Shown in pieces: positions 9,118-19,365 of a stretch of 64,000 nt of DNA. The notes beneath the pieces were generated by a model. That model did no database searches, was not told the DNA's origin, and was given only the letters and a program-made list of their open reading frames with translations. Position 1 is the first letter of the stretch. Each line of letters opens with the position of its first letter. The stretch lies in assembly GCA_025453395.1 (NCBI GenBank), contig JALOQK010000003.1, positions 82,711 to 146,710 of the forward strand, given 5' to 3'. The DNA comes from Candidatus Omnitrophota bacterium. GTDB lineage: Bacteria > Omnitrophota > Gorgyraeia > Gygaellales > Profunditerraquicolaceae. The position numbers and the translations under genes were made by a program.

Positions 9118-10239
9118 ATGGAAAATCCAGTTATCCGTTTGACAGAGGATTTAATCCGTATTAATTCGGAGAATCCGGGAAGCAACGAATATAAGATAGG
9201 CCGTTTTGTTAAAACTTATTTTGACCGGCTTGGATTAGCGGCTAAATTGTATGAGTTTTCGCCCCGGCGCACCAATGTGGTTGCGGTATTAAAGAACGCT
9301 TCTTCGAGCAAATCACTTTTGATCACTCCGCATCTGGATACTGTCCCCGCGGGAAAAAACTGGAAAAATAAGCCTTTTGCCCCGGAAATAAAAAACGGCA
9401 AGCTTTTTGGCTTAGGCTCTACTGATTGTAAAGGTAATCTTGCGGTAGCGATGGAGGCGGTAAAAGCGCTGGTTACGCAGAAAGCAAGATTAGGTTATAA
9501 TCTTATCTTTGCCGCGACAAGCGATGAAGAAACCGGTTCCGCCTTGGGCCTTATGAAGCTTTTGGAAAGAAATATTATTAGGGCTTCTGCGGCAGTAGTT
9601 CTGGATTCTGACGATTTTAGGATTATCACCGCGCAAAAAGGCCTGATGCATCTTAAATTTATCTTTTCCGGAATTAAGGCGCATGCAGCTTATCCTTATT
9701 TAGGGATTAACGCCATAGACCTGGCCTGTAAGGCGATCAAAGAGATCAAGGATTTCCAGTTTAAGATAAAGAAACATCCGCTTTTAAGCCCGCCTACGGT
9801 GAATATCGGGACTATCCAGGGCGGAGATAAGGTTAATGTTGTGGCGGACTGGTGTTTCTTCGAGGCGGACTTACGTTTCTTGCCGCGAGAGAATCCGGAA
9901 GAAATTCTGCGCCAGGTTAAAAGCGCTGTCCACAAGAACGCAGGGAAATTTAAGCTTGAAATAGAGGGCGTACAAAAACCGTTTGAAATAGAAAAAAGCC
10001 ATCCGCTGGTGCAGGGGTTTATGCGGGCAATGCGCAATAATAAAATATCCCCGGTTATAGAAGGTTCAGAGGGCGCCACGGTAGTATCATTTTTTGATAA
10101 ATATCATATTCCTTCAATTGCTACCGGGTTTGGTTCTTCGGGTTGCGCGCATATTTGCGATGAATATGTAAAAATTTCCAATCTGGTTAAAGGCGTGGAA
10201 GTTTTGAGTGATTTTCTAAGAAATTATAAATTTAATTAG
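9118..10239 (+). CDS. M20 family metallo-amidohydrolase (ArgE/DapE-like)
   Basis: HLDTVP, GLGSTDCKG, DEETG, HAA.P..G.NAI, AHICDEY; ATG 9118 chosen. Confidence 0.88.
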   Translation: MENPVIRLTEDLIRINSENPGSNEYKIGRFVKTYFDRLGLAAKLYEFSPRRTNVVAVLKNASSSKSLLITPHLDTVPAGKNWKNKPFAPEIKNGKLFGLGSTDCKGNLAVAMEAVKALVTQKARLGYNLIFAATSDEETGSALGLMKLLERNIIRASAAVVLDSDDFRIITAQKGLMHLKFIFSGIKAHAAYPYLGINAIDLACKAIKEIKDFQFKIKKHPLLSPPTVNIGTIQGGDKVNVVADWCFFEADLRFLPRENPEEILRQVKSAVHKNAGKFKLEIEGVQKPFEIEKSHPLVQGFMRAMRNNKISPVIEGSEGATVVSFFDKYHIPSIATGFGSSGCAHICDEYVKISNLVKGVEVLSDFLRNYKFN

Positions 10240-10253
10240 CAAGGAGACAGATT

Positions 10254-11219
10254 ATGGAAGGAATCATTATGCAGAATAAGCCGAAATTAACCAATCCCTG
10301 CCTTATAGCTTCTTGGCCGGGAATGGGGGAAGTGGCTTTTAAAACAGCAAGCTATCTTATCCAGAAATTAGGGGCGAAAGAGTTCGCTTCTTTAGACCCG
10401 CAAGAATTTTTCTATTTTACCGCAAGCGCGGTTAAAGACGGGATATTGGATGTTCCGGAATTGCCGTCGGGAAAATTCTATTTTTGGAATAATCCCGGCC
10501 GCGCGGGGGATATTGTTTTTTTCTTAAGTAACGCCCAGCCGGATTTAGCTTATGCGCAAAAATATTGCGGGCGGATTATCCGCATGGCAAAACTATTAAA
10601 AATTAAAACAGTTATCGGTATGGCTGCGATGCCATCCGCGATTGATCATACTCAAACCCCAAGCGTTCATTTTGCCGCCACCCATAAGGCAGTAGCCGAG
10701 CATCTGAAGAAATTTAAAATCAACCTTCTTAACCAGGGCCACATAAGCGGAATGAACGGCTTGTTCTTAGGGCTTGTCAAGGAGGCGGGGCTTAAGGGAT
10801 TTTGCCTGTTGGGAGAAATCCCGTTTTACACTATTCAAATAGAGAATCCGCGCGCCAACGCCGCGGTTATTGAGGCGCTCAATCAAGTCTTAAATCTTAA
10901 AATCGATACCGCAGCTCTTATAGACCAGGGCAGGCTTCTGGAGGATGAGATCAATAAGCTGATGGAATTTTTGAAGGTTTCTCCTTCCATGGATAATCCC
11001 ATCGGCGAAGATGATATTGAAAAGATAAAAAAAGCGCTGACCCAGCTTACCACCCTGCCGGTTTCAGTTAAAGAAAAGATCGAACAGCTTTTTATTTTGG
11101 CTAAAAGCGATCTGGATAAGGCGGGGGAACTTAAGAGCGAGCTTGACAAGTGGAATGTCTATAAAGAATACGAAGACAGGTTTCTGGATCTTTTCAAGAA
11201 AAAAGATCCAGATAATTAG
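10254..11219 (+). CDS. PAC2 (proteasome assembly chaperone)-family protein
   Basis: IASWPGMGEVA, ISGMNGLFLG, CLLGEIP, NPRA; SD AAGGAG. Confidence 0.75.
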   Translation: MEGIIMQNKPKLTNPCLIASWPGMGEVAFKTASYLIQKLGAKEFASLDPQEFFYFTASAVKDGILDVPELPSGKFYFWNNPGRAGDIVFFLSNAQPDLAYAQKYCGRIIRMAKLLKIKTVIGMAAMPSAIDHTQTPSVHFAATHKAVAEHLKKFKINLLNQGHISGMNGLFLGLVKEAGLKGFCLLGEIPFYTIQIENPRANAAVIEALNQVLNLKIDTAALIDQGRLLEDEINKLMEFLKVSPSMDNPIGEDDIEKIKKALTQLTTLPVSVKEKIEQLFILAKSDLDKAGELKSELDKWNVYKEYEDRFLDLFKKKDPDN

Positions 11220-11237
11220 CCCTTCGCCAATACCGGC

Positions 11238-11978
11238 ATGGCAAAAAAAGCGGCCTTTCAAAAAAGATTCTATCGGCATTCTGTAAGACCCCAGGGGTTA
11301 TACGCGTGCGTTGCCAGATTGCAGGAAACCGATGTGCAGGTATTAACGGATACGCCTGTAAGCAAGGATTTCATCGTTAAAAGGATTAAGAAATACCGCA
11401 GAGAAATAGAAAACTATATTTCCCGCCATCCGCGTTTTTTAACAAGCCTGAAACCCATACCGGTAGAAATAAACGCCCAGCCGATTATTAAGAAAATGGC
11501 GCAAGCCGCCCAAAAAGCCAATGTCGGGCCCATGGCCGCTGTTGCCGGGGCAATCGCTTTTTTTCTGGGCAAAGACCTTATGCGCAGGAAATGCAGGGAT
11601 GTAATTATTGAAAACGGCGGAGATATTTTTGTAAAAACTTCCCGCGCGCGCATTGTAGGAATTTATTCCGGGCGGTCCAGCCTTTTTAACGGCATTAAGT
11701 TAAGAATCCGCCCCCGCATGAGAATATCAGGGGTTTGTGCTTCTTCTGGCACGATTGGGCATTCTTTGAGCTTTGGAAAAGCTGATAGCGCGGTTATTTT
11801 AGCCGTTGACCCTGTTATTGCCGACGCGGTAGCTACCGCTACCTGTAACTTAGTCCGAAAAAAAGAAGATTTAAAAAAGGCAATTGATTTTGCCAAATCC
11901 ATAAAGGCAGTTAAGGGCGCAGTGCTGATCATGGGGGATAATCTTGCCAGCTGGGGGAAAGCCGAACTTGTTTTATAA
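11238..11978 (+). CDS. UPF0280 / ApbE-like protein
   Basis: VGPMAAVAGAIA, ENGGDIF, SSGTIGHSLSFGKAD, ADAVATA. Confidence 0.88.
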   Translation: MAKKAAFQKRFYRHSVRPQGLYACVARLQETDVQVLTDTPVSKDFIVKRIKKYRREIENYISRHPRFLTSLKPIPVEINAQPIIKKMAQAAQKANVGPMAAVAGAIAFFLGKDLMRRKCRDVIIENGGDIFVKTSRARIVGIYSGRSSLFNGIKLRIRPRMRISGVCASSGTIGHSLSFGKADSAVILAVDPVIADAVATATCNLVRKKEDLKKAIDFAKSIKAVKGAVLIMGDNLASWGKAELVL

Positions 11979-11981
11979 AAT

Positions 11982-13142
11982 ATGCCTAAGGCCAGAATTC
12001 TATACATAATTACTAAACTTGAATTAGGCGGGGCGCAGAAACAACTGCTTAATCTTATTGACCTGTTAGACAAAGATAGGTTTGAGGTTTTTTTGTTTAC
12101 CGCCCAAGAAGGATATCTTTTGGGCCGGGCCAAGGCAATCCCCGGGGTTAGATTGTATTTATCGCGTTTTCTGGAAAGGCCGGTAAACCCGCTTAAAGAT
12201 ATCCGCGCCTTATTTGAAATACGCAAGTTTATCTTTGAGAATAAAATAGATATTGTGCATACCCACAGTTCCAAGGCCGGGATATTGGGCCGTTTTGCCG
12301 CCTGGATTTCAGGCGCGCCTTTTATTATCCACACTGTTCACGGATGGAGCTTCAACTGTTATCAAGTGTTTCCCCGGCGCGCTGTTTTTATTCTTTTGGA
12401 GCATTTTTGCGCGCGCCTGACGCGGGCTATCATTTGTGCCTGCAAAAGCGATCTGGAAAAAGGCCGCGGGTTTAACGATAGAGGTAAATATTATTTGATT
12501 CCATACGGCTTGTCCTTGGAAGATTTCGCGCCTTCTGACGGAAGAAAGGCAAAACAAAAACAGGGCATAAAAGATGATAAGCTTGTTATCGGGATGATCG
12601 CTTGTTTTAAGCCGCAGAAAGCCCCGCTTGATTTTGTTAAAGCAGTCAATATTTTTAAAGGGCAAGGCGGGGTTGCTAAATTTATTTTAATCGGAGATGG
12701 GGCCTTGCGCGGCAAGATAGAAAGGAAGATCAAAGAATTAAATCTTCAGGATGATATTTCACTCTTGGGCTGGAGAGAAGATATTGCAGGCTTAATCCAG
12801 GCTATGGATATTTTTGTTTTGACTTCTCTCTGGGAAGGGCTGCCGGTATCTGTTTTAGAAGCCATGGCAGCCTCCAAGCCGATAGTTGCCACAAATACCG
12901 GAGGCATAAGAGAGGTCCTTCGAGATGGAGAAAATGGATTTTTGGTCAAGCCTCAAGACGCTTTCGGTATCGCGAGAGGCTTAAGAGTCTTGGCCGATGA
13001 TGTTTTTTTGCGTGAATCTTTCGGCAAAGTTTCATTTTCTATCTCGCGATCTTTTCTTTCCCATAAAGAAGTTGCGGAAAAACATATGAAGCTGTATGAT
13101 AGTTTTATACAGGAGGGGGAATATGGCCCAAGTAGAAATTAA
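11982..13142 (+). CDS. Glycosyltransferase family 4 (GT-B)
   Basis: GGAQ, VHTHSSKAG, HTVHG, SLWEGLPVSVLEAMA. Confidence 0.9.
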   Translation: MPKARILYIITKLELGGAQKQLLNLIDLLDKDRFEVFLFTAQEGYLLGRAKAIPGVRLYLSRFLERPVNPLKDIRALFEIRKFIFENKIDIVHTHSSKAGILGRFAAWISGAPFIIHTVHGWSFNCYQVFPRRAVFILLEHFCARLTRAIICACKSDLEKGRGFNDRGKYYLIPYGLSLEDFAPSDGRKAKQKQGIKDDKLVIGMIACFKPQKAPLDFVKAVNIFKGQGGVAKFILIGDGALRGKIERKIKELNLQDDISLLGWREDIAGLIQAMDIFVLTSLWEGLPVSVLEAMAASKPIVATNTGGIREVLRDGENGFLVKPQDAFGIARGLRVLADDVFLRESFGKVSFSISRSFLSHKEVAEKHMKLYDSFIQEGEYGPSRN

Positions 13143-14049
13143 GAATTTGATAGACAATATCGGCAAGGTTATTATCGGCAAGGATGAAACAGTAAAGTTG
13201 TTGTTGGTGGGGCTTTTGACAAATGGGCATATCTTAATAGAAGATGTCCCCGGGACGGGTAAAACCATGCTTGCCCTGGCCTTGGCAAAGTCCATACAGG
13301 CGGATTTTAAACGCATTCAGTTTACTCCGGATTTGCTTCCATCAGATGTTACAGGGGGTTTTATTTATAATTCAAAGACAGGGGAATTTGATTTCCATCA
13401 AGGCCCGGTATTTACTAATATACTTTTGGCGGATGAAATAAACCGTACTACTCCCCGGACGCAGTCAGCCCTTTTGGAGTGTATGCAGGAAGCAAAGATT
13501 ACTTTAGAGGGGAAAACCTTTAGCCTGCCTAAGCCGTTTATGGTTGTGGCTACCCAGAACCCCATTGAGTATCAAGGCACATATCCGTTGCCCGAAGCGC
13601 AGATAGACAGGTTTTTGATGTTGGTGCGCATGGGTTATCTTTCTCCTGAAGATGAAGTTAAGGTAATCTCCGGGCAGCAAAGACAGCACCCCATAGAATC
13701 TTTAAGCGCGGTAATGGAGACGTCAAGGCTTGTTGCTTTGCAGGAAGAGGTCAAGAAAATAGAGGTTTCTATCCATCTGTTGCAATACATTACCCGGCTT
13801 GTTTCTGCTACCCGCAAAAACGATTCTATAAAACTTGGGGCCAGCCCCCGCGCATCCATCGCGCTTATGAAAGCCGCTGCCGCCTGGGCTCTTTTAGAGG
13901 GGAGAAATTACGCTATACCCGAAGACGTGGTATTCTTGCTGCCCCATATTTTAACGCATAGGCTGATCCTGCATCCCAAGGTTTCTATTGCCGGGAAAAA
14001 TACCCAAGATATCATCAAGGAATTAGTGCATTCCGTAGCCATCCCTTAA
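13123..14049 (+). CDS. MoxR-family AAA+ ATPase
   Basis: EDVPGTGKT, RIQFTPDLLPSD, DEINR, ATQNPIE..GTYPLPEAQ.DRF, GASPRA; SD GGAGG before ATG 13123. Confidence 0.93.
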   Translation: MAQVEIKNLIDNIGKVIIGKDETVKLLLVGLLTNGHILIEDVPGTGKTMLALALAKSIQADFKRIQFTPDLLPSDVTGGFIYNSKTGEFDFHQGPVFTNILLADEINRTTPRTQSALLECMQEAKITLEGKTFSLPKPFMVVATQNPIEYQGTYPLPEAQIDRFLMLVRMGYLSPEDEVKVISGQQRQHPIESLSAVMETSRLVALQEEVKKIEVSIHLLQYITRLVSATRKNDSIKLGASPRASIALMKAAAAWALLEGRNYAIPEDVVFLLPHILTHRLILHPKVSIAGKNTQDIIKELVHSVAIP

Positions 14050-14055
14050 GAGAAT

Positions 14056-15288
14056 ATGGCGCGCCTATTTATTAAGAAGTGGATTTTTATAGGGGTTTTA
14101 ATTCTGGCCATGCCGATAATCGCTCTTAAAACCGGCATAGCCTTTTTTTATTTTTCTTCGTGGTTTCTTTTGTTTTTTATCCTGGGCAATATCTTCTGGG
14201 TAGTTTTTTCTTTTGTCTTGCTGGATGTCCAGATAAAACGGCAATTTTTTCCTACCGCGGTAGAAGGCGAAACCATAGAAGTGCAAGTATCTATAAAGAA
14301 TAAAAGTCTTCTGGGGGCCTATAATATTTTATTTCAAGATAACTGTCCGTGCGGGCGTCATGGCCAGGCAGAAAAAAATATGCCTGTTTGGCATATCCCC
14401 GCGCAGTCGTGGTTCTATGTAAAATACAATCTTTATTGCCTGCGCAGGGGTAAATATACGCTTGGCCCTTTTCATGCGTATGTGCTTGATCCTTTTGGGA
14501 TCTTTTATTTGACTGTGCATCTGCCTGTTTACGACGATTTATATGTTTATCCGCGCATTTTCCGGATTGAGAAATTCCCCGAGCTTGCCAAAGGAAATGC
14601 CCCTTGGTTTGGCATTCAGACCACTCGCTCCATCGGCGAAGACGATGAATTTTTTGGGTTAAGAGAATACCGTGCCGGTGATTCCCTGCGTAGGGTGCAT
14701 TGGATGTCTACCGCGAGGATGAATCAGGTTATTGTCAAACAGTTCCAGCGCCAGGGGTTTTGCCGGGCTACGATTATGTTCAGCCTTTTGCATAAGTATG
14801 ACCTTTCTTCGGGGGAAAAAAGGCTTTCAGACTATATAGTCAGCTTAGCCGCTTCTATAACAAAGTATTTACTGGATCAGGGCGTCTCTGTTGAGCTTGT
14901 GGCGCATACCGGTTCATATGCGCGCATAGATTTCAATAAAGGAAATGAGCATATGCAGGAGATCTTAAAGTTTTTGTCAGTTGCTCAGGCAGACAGCCAA
15001 ACAAGCGTTGTTGAGCTTTTTGAAGGGCATCGGCGTTTTTTACAGCATGATTCCACGGTGATCATTATTATGCCGGATGCCGAATGGGAGATCCTAAGCG
15101 CTGCTGTGCCGCTTGATAAAAGGGATTTTTCTTTTATACCCTTAGTCCTTTTATCCGCCTCTTTCTTAAGTAATTTGTCCACAGAGCGCGTTATCAAAGA
15201 TTCACAAATAAAATTATTAAACAGCACCACGTTTTCTCCGGTTGTTTTGCCCTGCAACCAATATTTTGAGGAGGCGTTTTTGCGCTAG
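14056..15288 (+). CDS. DUF58 domain membrane protein
   Basis: N-terminal TMs, RRGKY..GP....DPFG, EFFGLREYR.GD..RRVHW..TAR; directly after MoxR. Confidence 0.88.
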   Translation: MARLFIKKWIFIGVLILAMPIIALKTGIAFFYFSSWFLLFFILGNIFWVVFSFVLLDVQIKRQFFPTAVEGETIEVQVSIKNKSLLGAYNILFQDNCPCGRHGQAEKNMPVWHIPAQSWFYVKYNLYCLRRGKYTLGPFHAYVLDPFGIFYLTVHLPVYDDLYVYPRIFRIEKFPELAKGNAPWFGIQTTRSIGEDDEFFGLREYRAGDSLRRVHWMSTARMNQVIVKQFQRQGFCRATIMFSLLHKYDLSSGEKRLSDYIVSLAASITKYLLDQGVSVELVAHTGSYARIDFNKGNEHMQEILKFLSVAQADSQTSVVELFEGHRRFLQHDSTVIIIMPDAEWEILSAAVPLDKRDFSFIPLVLLSASFLSNLSTERVIKDSQIKLLNSTTFSPVVLPCNQYFEEAFLR

Positions 15289-15294
15289 GCGGAT

Positions 15295-17070
15295 ATGGAA
15301 GAAAGAGAATCTTTATACGAACGCGTTATTATGACAGCGATGGTGTTGTCGGCTTGCATTCTCTTGCGATCCGCCCATTCTTTTCTTATTGCTGCCGGAG
15401 CGGCAGTTTTTTTGGCAGGGAATATTTACCGCATTTTTTTTATTTCTTCAGATTCCCGCGGTTTAAGAAACCTTATTACCGCGCTGTGCATAGGGATAAT
15501 TTTATTGCAGGGGGCAGCTATTGTTAATTCCCACCTTCTCTATAAAGAGATCATCGGGATAGGCGCGCAGACTTCGGTATTATTAATGATGGTCTTAAGT
15601 TTTGCCTCATCTTCCCGCAAACATAAAGGATACATAGAGATATTAAGCCTTACGCTTATTCTTTGTTGCGGTATTTTTATACAAAAATACACAAATCTAG
15701 ACATATTTCTTTTAGGGGTTTATCTTTTGGCAGGATGCCTATTAATGCGCATAAGGTTTTATCGTATCTGGGGGGCAGAGGACAGTTCCGCCTCCGCCCT
15801 TTTTAATTCTTCCGGGTTTTTGGCGATGCTTTTTGTGCTATTGATTTCTTGCGCAGGATTATTTTTGACCGCTAAATTATCAGCAGGCAGATATTTACAT
15901 GGAGGGGTTTTTGCCGATATCGGTGAAGCGGGGGATATTATTGATCCCAAGGATTATTATAAGCTGCAGTCTGTTTTGCTGGATAAAATGCTTCCTCTTG
16001 TCTCTGAAGGTTATTACCCGAAGGACAAATTGTCGCTTTTAGGCATGCTAAATATTTTAGTGCGCGATGATGCCGTGCTTGTGGAAGTAGACCGCGCAGA
16101 GCAGGGGCTTGTTTCATTTTTGCGCACTCCCGGCTGGGGGGTGGAAGAAGACAAGAATCAGGCGCTTCAGATCTTGAAATCTTATATCCAGGAGAAAATA
16201 AGCAGAAAGATTTCCGCTTCGCAGGAACAGATAAACGAACTTTTTAAATTACAGGCGCCTTTTTCCCTGGGGCAGAGAATAAAGCAATCTTCTTTGGTGC
16301 AAGAATTAAAACAGGCTTCTTCGCTTTCCCAGGTTGAGAGTTTTCATAAGCAGGCGGAAGATTTCATAAATAAATCGTCTTTGTTTGCAGAGGCTGTTGA
16401 TAAGGCAGGCGAAGCCTTAAACGATATCAGGTCATGGAAGGAGTTTGAAATAAAGCACCAAACAAGATATGATGCAGATTTTGCCCCCGGAAAAGAACAG
16501 GCCCCAGGGCAAAATCCAGCTTCGGGCTTGTTGGAACCAACTGCGCCAGAGCCGGCTCAACCTTTGCCCATAGAAATACCTGCCCCGCAGGCCGGTACCG
16601 GATCAGTTTTAAGCCATGGCAGCCTTTGGGCGATTGCGCCTGTGTTCGCGCAGGCATTTTTTATTCTTTTGGCCGTTTTGCTCGCCTTAATATATATACT
16701 TGCGCAAATAGAAAGGTTAAACATCAAATCTCTTGCAGGCCAGCCCAGGCAGTTTATCTTGCGGCTTTATGCGCACTTGCGCCAGGCCTTATTTTACTCC
16801 AGGGCAGTTTACCAAGAAATCCTTCCGCCGCTTTATTACGCATCTAAAATAGAGCAGCAGATGGACTTAAAGGATAATTCTTTATTCCGCTTAAGCTCTA
16901 AATTTGAAGAAGCCAGATACAGCTCGCATATTTTAAGCCCTGAAGACGCAGAGGCCTGCCTTAGTGATTACAATTATTTTTTAAGGGCGTTCTTAAGGAA
17001 ATGTTCCATAAGCACCAAGCTTGTTTTTTATTGCAGGATGTTTTTCTCGCGCAAGCCGGTGTCCATATAA
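15295..17070 (+). CDS. Multi-pass membrane protein with DUF4129-like C-terminus (third gene of the MoxR-DUF58 triad)
   Basis: About six N-terminal TMs, helical middle region, Pro-rich linker, TM, FEEARYS motif; position after DUF58. Confidence 0.6.
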   Translation: MEERESLYERVIMTAMVLSACILLRSAHSFLIAAGAAVFLAGNIYRIFFISSDSRGLRNLITALCIGIILLQGAAIVNSHLLYKEIIGIGAQTSVLLMMVLSFASSSRKHKGYIEILSLTLILCCGIFIQKYTNLDIFLLGVYLLAGCLLMRIRFYRIWGAEDSSASALFNSSGFLAMLFVLLISCAGLFLTAKLSAGRYLHGGVFADIGEAGDIIDPKDYYKLQSVLLDKMLPLVSEGYYPKDKLSLLGMLNILVRDDAVLVEVDRAEQGLVSFLRTPGWGVEEDKNQALQILKSYIQEKISRKISASQEQINELFKLQAPFSLGQRIKQSSLVQELKQASSLSQVESFHKQAEDFINKSSLFAEAVDKAGEALNDIRSWKEFEIKHQTRYDADFAPGKEQAPGQNPASGLLEPTAPEPAQPLPIEIPAPQAGTGSVLSHGSLWAIAPVFAQAFFILLAVLLALIYILAQIERLNIKSLAGQPRQFILRLYAHLRQALFYSRAVYQEILPPLYYASKIEQQMDLKDNSLFRLSSKFEEARYSSHILSPEDAEACLSDYNYFLRAFLRKCSISTKLVFYCRMFFSRKPVSI

Positions 17071-17093
17071 AACGGTAAACCAAAAGAGGGAAA

Positions 17094-18077
17094 ATGCTTT
17101 TAGGGGTGTGTATTTTCGCTTCAGGGTTATTATTCACCTTAAGCCTTACCTTATTCCTGAGCAGGCTTGCTTCTAGGGGCTCTTCATTGCGCGCCTCCGA
17201 TGGCGTTTTAGCATCAGGCGGTATAGCTATTGCCGCAGGGTTTTTTGCCACGGCAGAAGCGTATCTTGTATTAGGTAATTCCTATCCCAAGATGCAATTT
17301 CTGATCATGGCTTCGTTAGCTATGTTTATTTTTGGCTTGCTTGACGATGTCCATGAATTTTCAGTGGGTTTAAAATTCTTGTCGCAAATTATCGCCTGCT
17401 CTATTGCCGTAGCGGGAGGAATAAAAACAGAGATTGTTTATATCGGGCCATGGGTTAATATAATTATTACCTATATATGGGTGCTGGGGATTACCAATGC
17501 ATTTAATCACCTTGATGTGTTGGACGGGGTAACAGCCGGGACAACTGTTTTTATAAGCGCAGGATTTTTAGTTATTTCCTTGTTTACCGGCCAGCCCATT
17601 GTGACAGTGATTGCGGCTTCGCTTTTGGCCTGCGCCTCGGGATTCTTTATTTTTAATTTTCCTCCCGCGCGCATATATATGGGCAATTCCGGAAGCCATT
17701 TTTTAGGGTTTGTTTTATCTCTAACCGCGCTTATGATTGATTACGCCCCCATGCAGCGCAAGATCGCCCTTATAAGCCCGCTTTTACTTTTGGGCCTGCC
17801 GATTTTTGACAGCGCGTTTTTGATCTGGGTTAGGTTAAAACAGGGCAGGTCTATTGTGAAAAAAAGCGGTGATCATTTTTGCCTGCGCCTTTTGCAGAAA
17901 ATCCCGTCCAAGAAAAAAACCTTATTTCTGATGCTGGGTTTAGCTTTGTTTTTTGTTTCCTGCGGGGTAATCACCAGCCGTTTCTCAAATTTGGCCGGAT
18001 TATTAGTGATTATTTTGTGTTTGGGCGTAAGTATCCCCATAATGTGGTTGATGGCAAAAGTCAAAGTTGATGCGTAA
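17094..18077 (+). CDS. MraY/WecA-family polyprenyl-phosphate sugar-1-P transferase
   Basis: GGIAI, GLLDD, ITNAFNHLDVLDG, FNFPPARIYMGNSGS. Confidence 0.88.
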   Translation: MLLGVCIFASGLLFTLSLTLFLSRLASRGSSLRASDGVLASGGIAIAAGFFATAEAYLVLGNSYPKMQFLIMASLAMFIFGLLDDVHEFSVGLKFLSQIIACSIAVAGGIKTEIVYIGPWVNIIITYIWVLGITNAFNHLDVLDGVTAGTTVFISAGFLVISLFTGQPIVTVIAASLLACASGFFIFNFPPARIYMGNSGSHFLGFVLSLTALMIDYAPMQRKIALISPLLLLGLPIFDSAFLIWVRLKQGRSIVKKSGDHFCLRLLQKIPSKKKTLFLMLGLALFFVSCGVITSRFSNLAGLLVIILCLGVSIPIMWLMAKVKVDA

Positions 18078-19365
18078 GAAAAAAATTATTATTTTAGGCG
18101 CAGGAATAGCTGGTTTAAGCGCGGCGTGGCACTTAAAACAAAAGGGGGCGCATTTTTTATCCTTTGAAAAAGAGCCGCAGGTAGGAGGGTTGTGCCGCTC
18201 TAAGCATGTGGATGGTTTTACTTTTGATTACGATGGGCACTTGATGCATTTTAGGACTGATTATGCGTTTAATTTGGTGCAGCAGCTTTTAGGAAGCAAC
18301 CTTGCCATGCATAAGAGAAATTCCTTTATATATGCTTTCGCAGGTTATACGCGTTATCCTTTTCAGGCGAATTTATATGGCCTTCCGGAACAAGTGGTAA
18401 AAGAGTGTTTACTGGACAGGGTCTCTGTGGATGTGCAGAAAAAAAACAGCCATAGAAACTTTCTGGATTGGATACGCCATAATTTTGGCAACGGGATAGC
18501 GCGCTATTTTATGATTCCGTACAATCTTAAATTTTGGACCCTTTCTCCGGATAAGCTTACCTGTTCGTGGCTTCAGAGCTTTATTCCGGTTCCTTCGTTA
18601 AAACAGGTCCTGGAGGGGACGATTACCGACAGCGACACGCGTTTAGGCTATAACGCTTCTTTCTGGTATCCCAAGAAAGGCGGGATCGAAAAGCTGCCCT
18701 TTGCCTTTAGCCGGCAATTAGTGAATATTTATTGTAACCGTCAGGCTCGGGAAATTGATCTTAAAAGAAAGGAAGTTGTGTTTTCTTCAGGAGAAAAAGA
18801 AAACTACGATGTTTTAATTACCACGATAGCAATGCCGGGTTTAAAAAACCTCATCCAGATCGCTCCGCCTGCTGTGAATAAGGCGCTTTCAAAACTAAAA
18901 TGGAATTCAGTCTATAACCTCAATTTGGGCATAAAAAGAAAGAATGCCGCGGATAAGCATTGGGTGTATTTCCCGGAAAAGGAATTTAGTTTTTTTCGTG
19001 TCGGCTTTGCGCATAATTTTTCCGATTTTCTCGCTCCAGAAGGAAAGGGAATAATTTATACTGAAACTTCTTATTCGCCATGGAGGCCGCTGGACAGGAA
19101 GAGTATAAATAAAAAAATCATCGGTGACCTGGTCAAAGCGGGAATACTAGAGAGCAAGAATGATGTTGTGGCCTGGGACGTAAACGATATAAAATGCGCC
19201 TATCCGATATATGACGAAAATTATAAGCCTGCGCGTAACACCATTATGAAGTTTCTGAATAAGAATGATATTTTCCCCTGCGGCAGGTACGGCTCATGGA
19301 GGTATATGTCTATGGAGGATAGCATATTGGATGGAAAGGAAGTTTCCGAGAAGGTTTTAGCTTAG
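18070..19365 (+). CDS. FAD-dependent oxidoreductase (HemY / UDP-galactopyranose mutase-like, polysaccharide locus type)
   Basis: GAGIAGLSAA, GGLCRS, FTFDYDGH, YPFQ, AYPIYD, GRYGSWRY. Confidence 0.75.
   Translation: MRKKKIIILGAGIAGLSAAWHLKQKGAHFLSFEKEPQVGGLCRSKHVDGFTFDYDGHLMHFRTDYAFNLVQQLLGSNLAMHKRNSFIYAFAGYTRYPFQANLYGLPEQVVKECLLDRVSVDVQKKNSHRNFLDWIRHNFGNGIARYFMIPYNLKFWTLSPDKLTCSWLQSFIPVPSLKQVLEGTITDSDTRLGYNASFWYPKKGGIEKLPFAFSRQLVNIYCNRQAREIDLKRKEVVFSSGEKENYDVLITTIAMPGLKNLIQIAPPAVNKALSKLKWNSVYNLNLGIKRKNAADKHWVYFPEKEFSFFRVGFAHNFSDFLAPEGKGIIYTETSYSPWRPLDRKSINKKIIGDLVKAGILESKNDVVAWDVNDIKCAYPIYDENYKPARNTIMKFLNKNDIFPCGRYGSWRYMSMEDSILDGKEVSEKVLA

Noticed and set aside
11663-12334. 223-aa minus-strand ORF, and the many other 60-170-aa antisense ORFs in the track
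   Set aside because: They lie opposite well-supported genes and show no motifs or SD; treated as shadow ORFs
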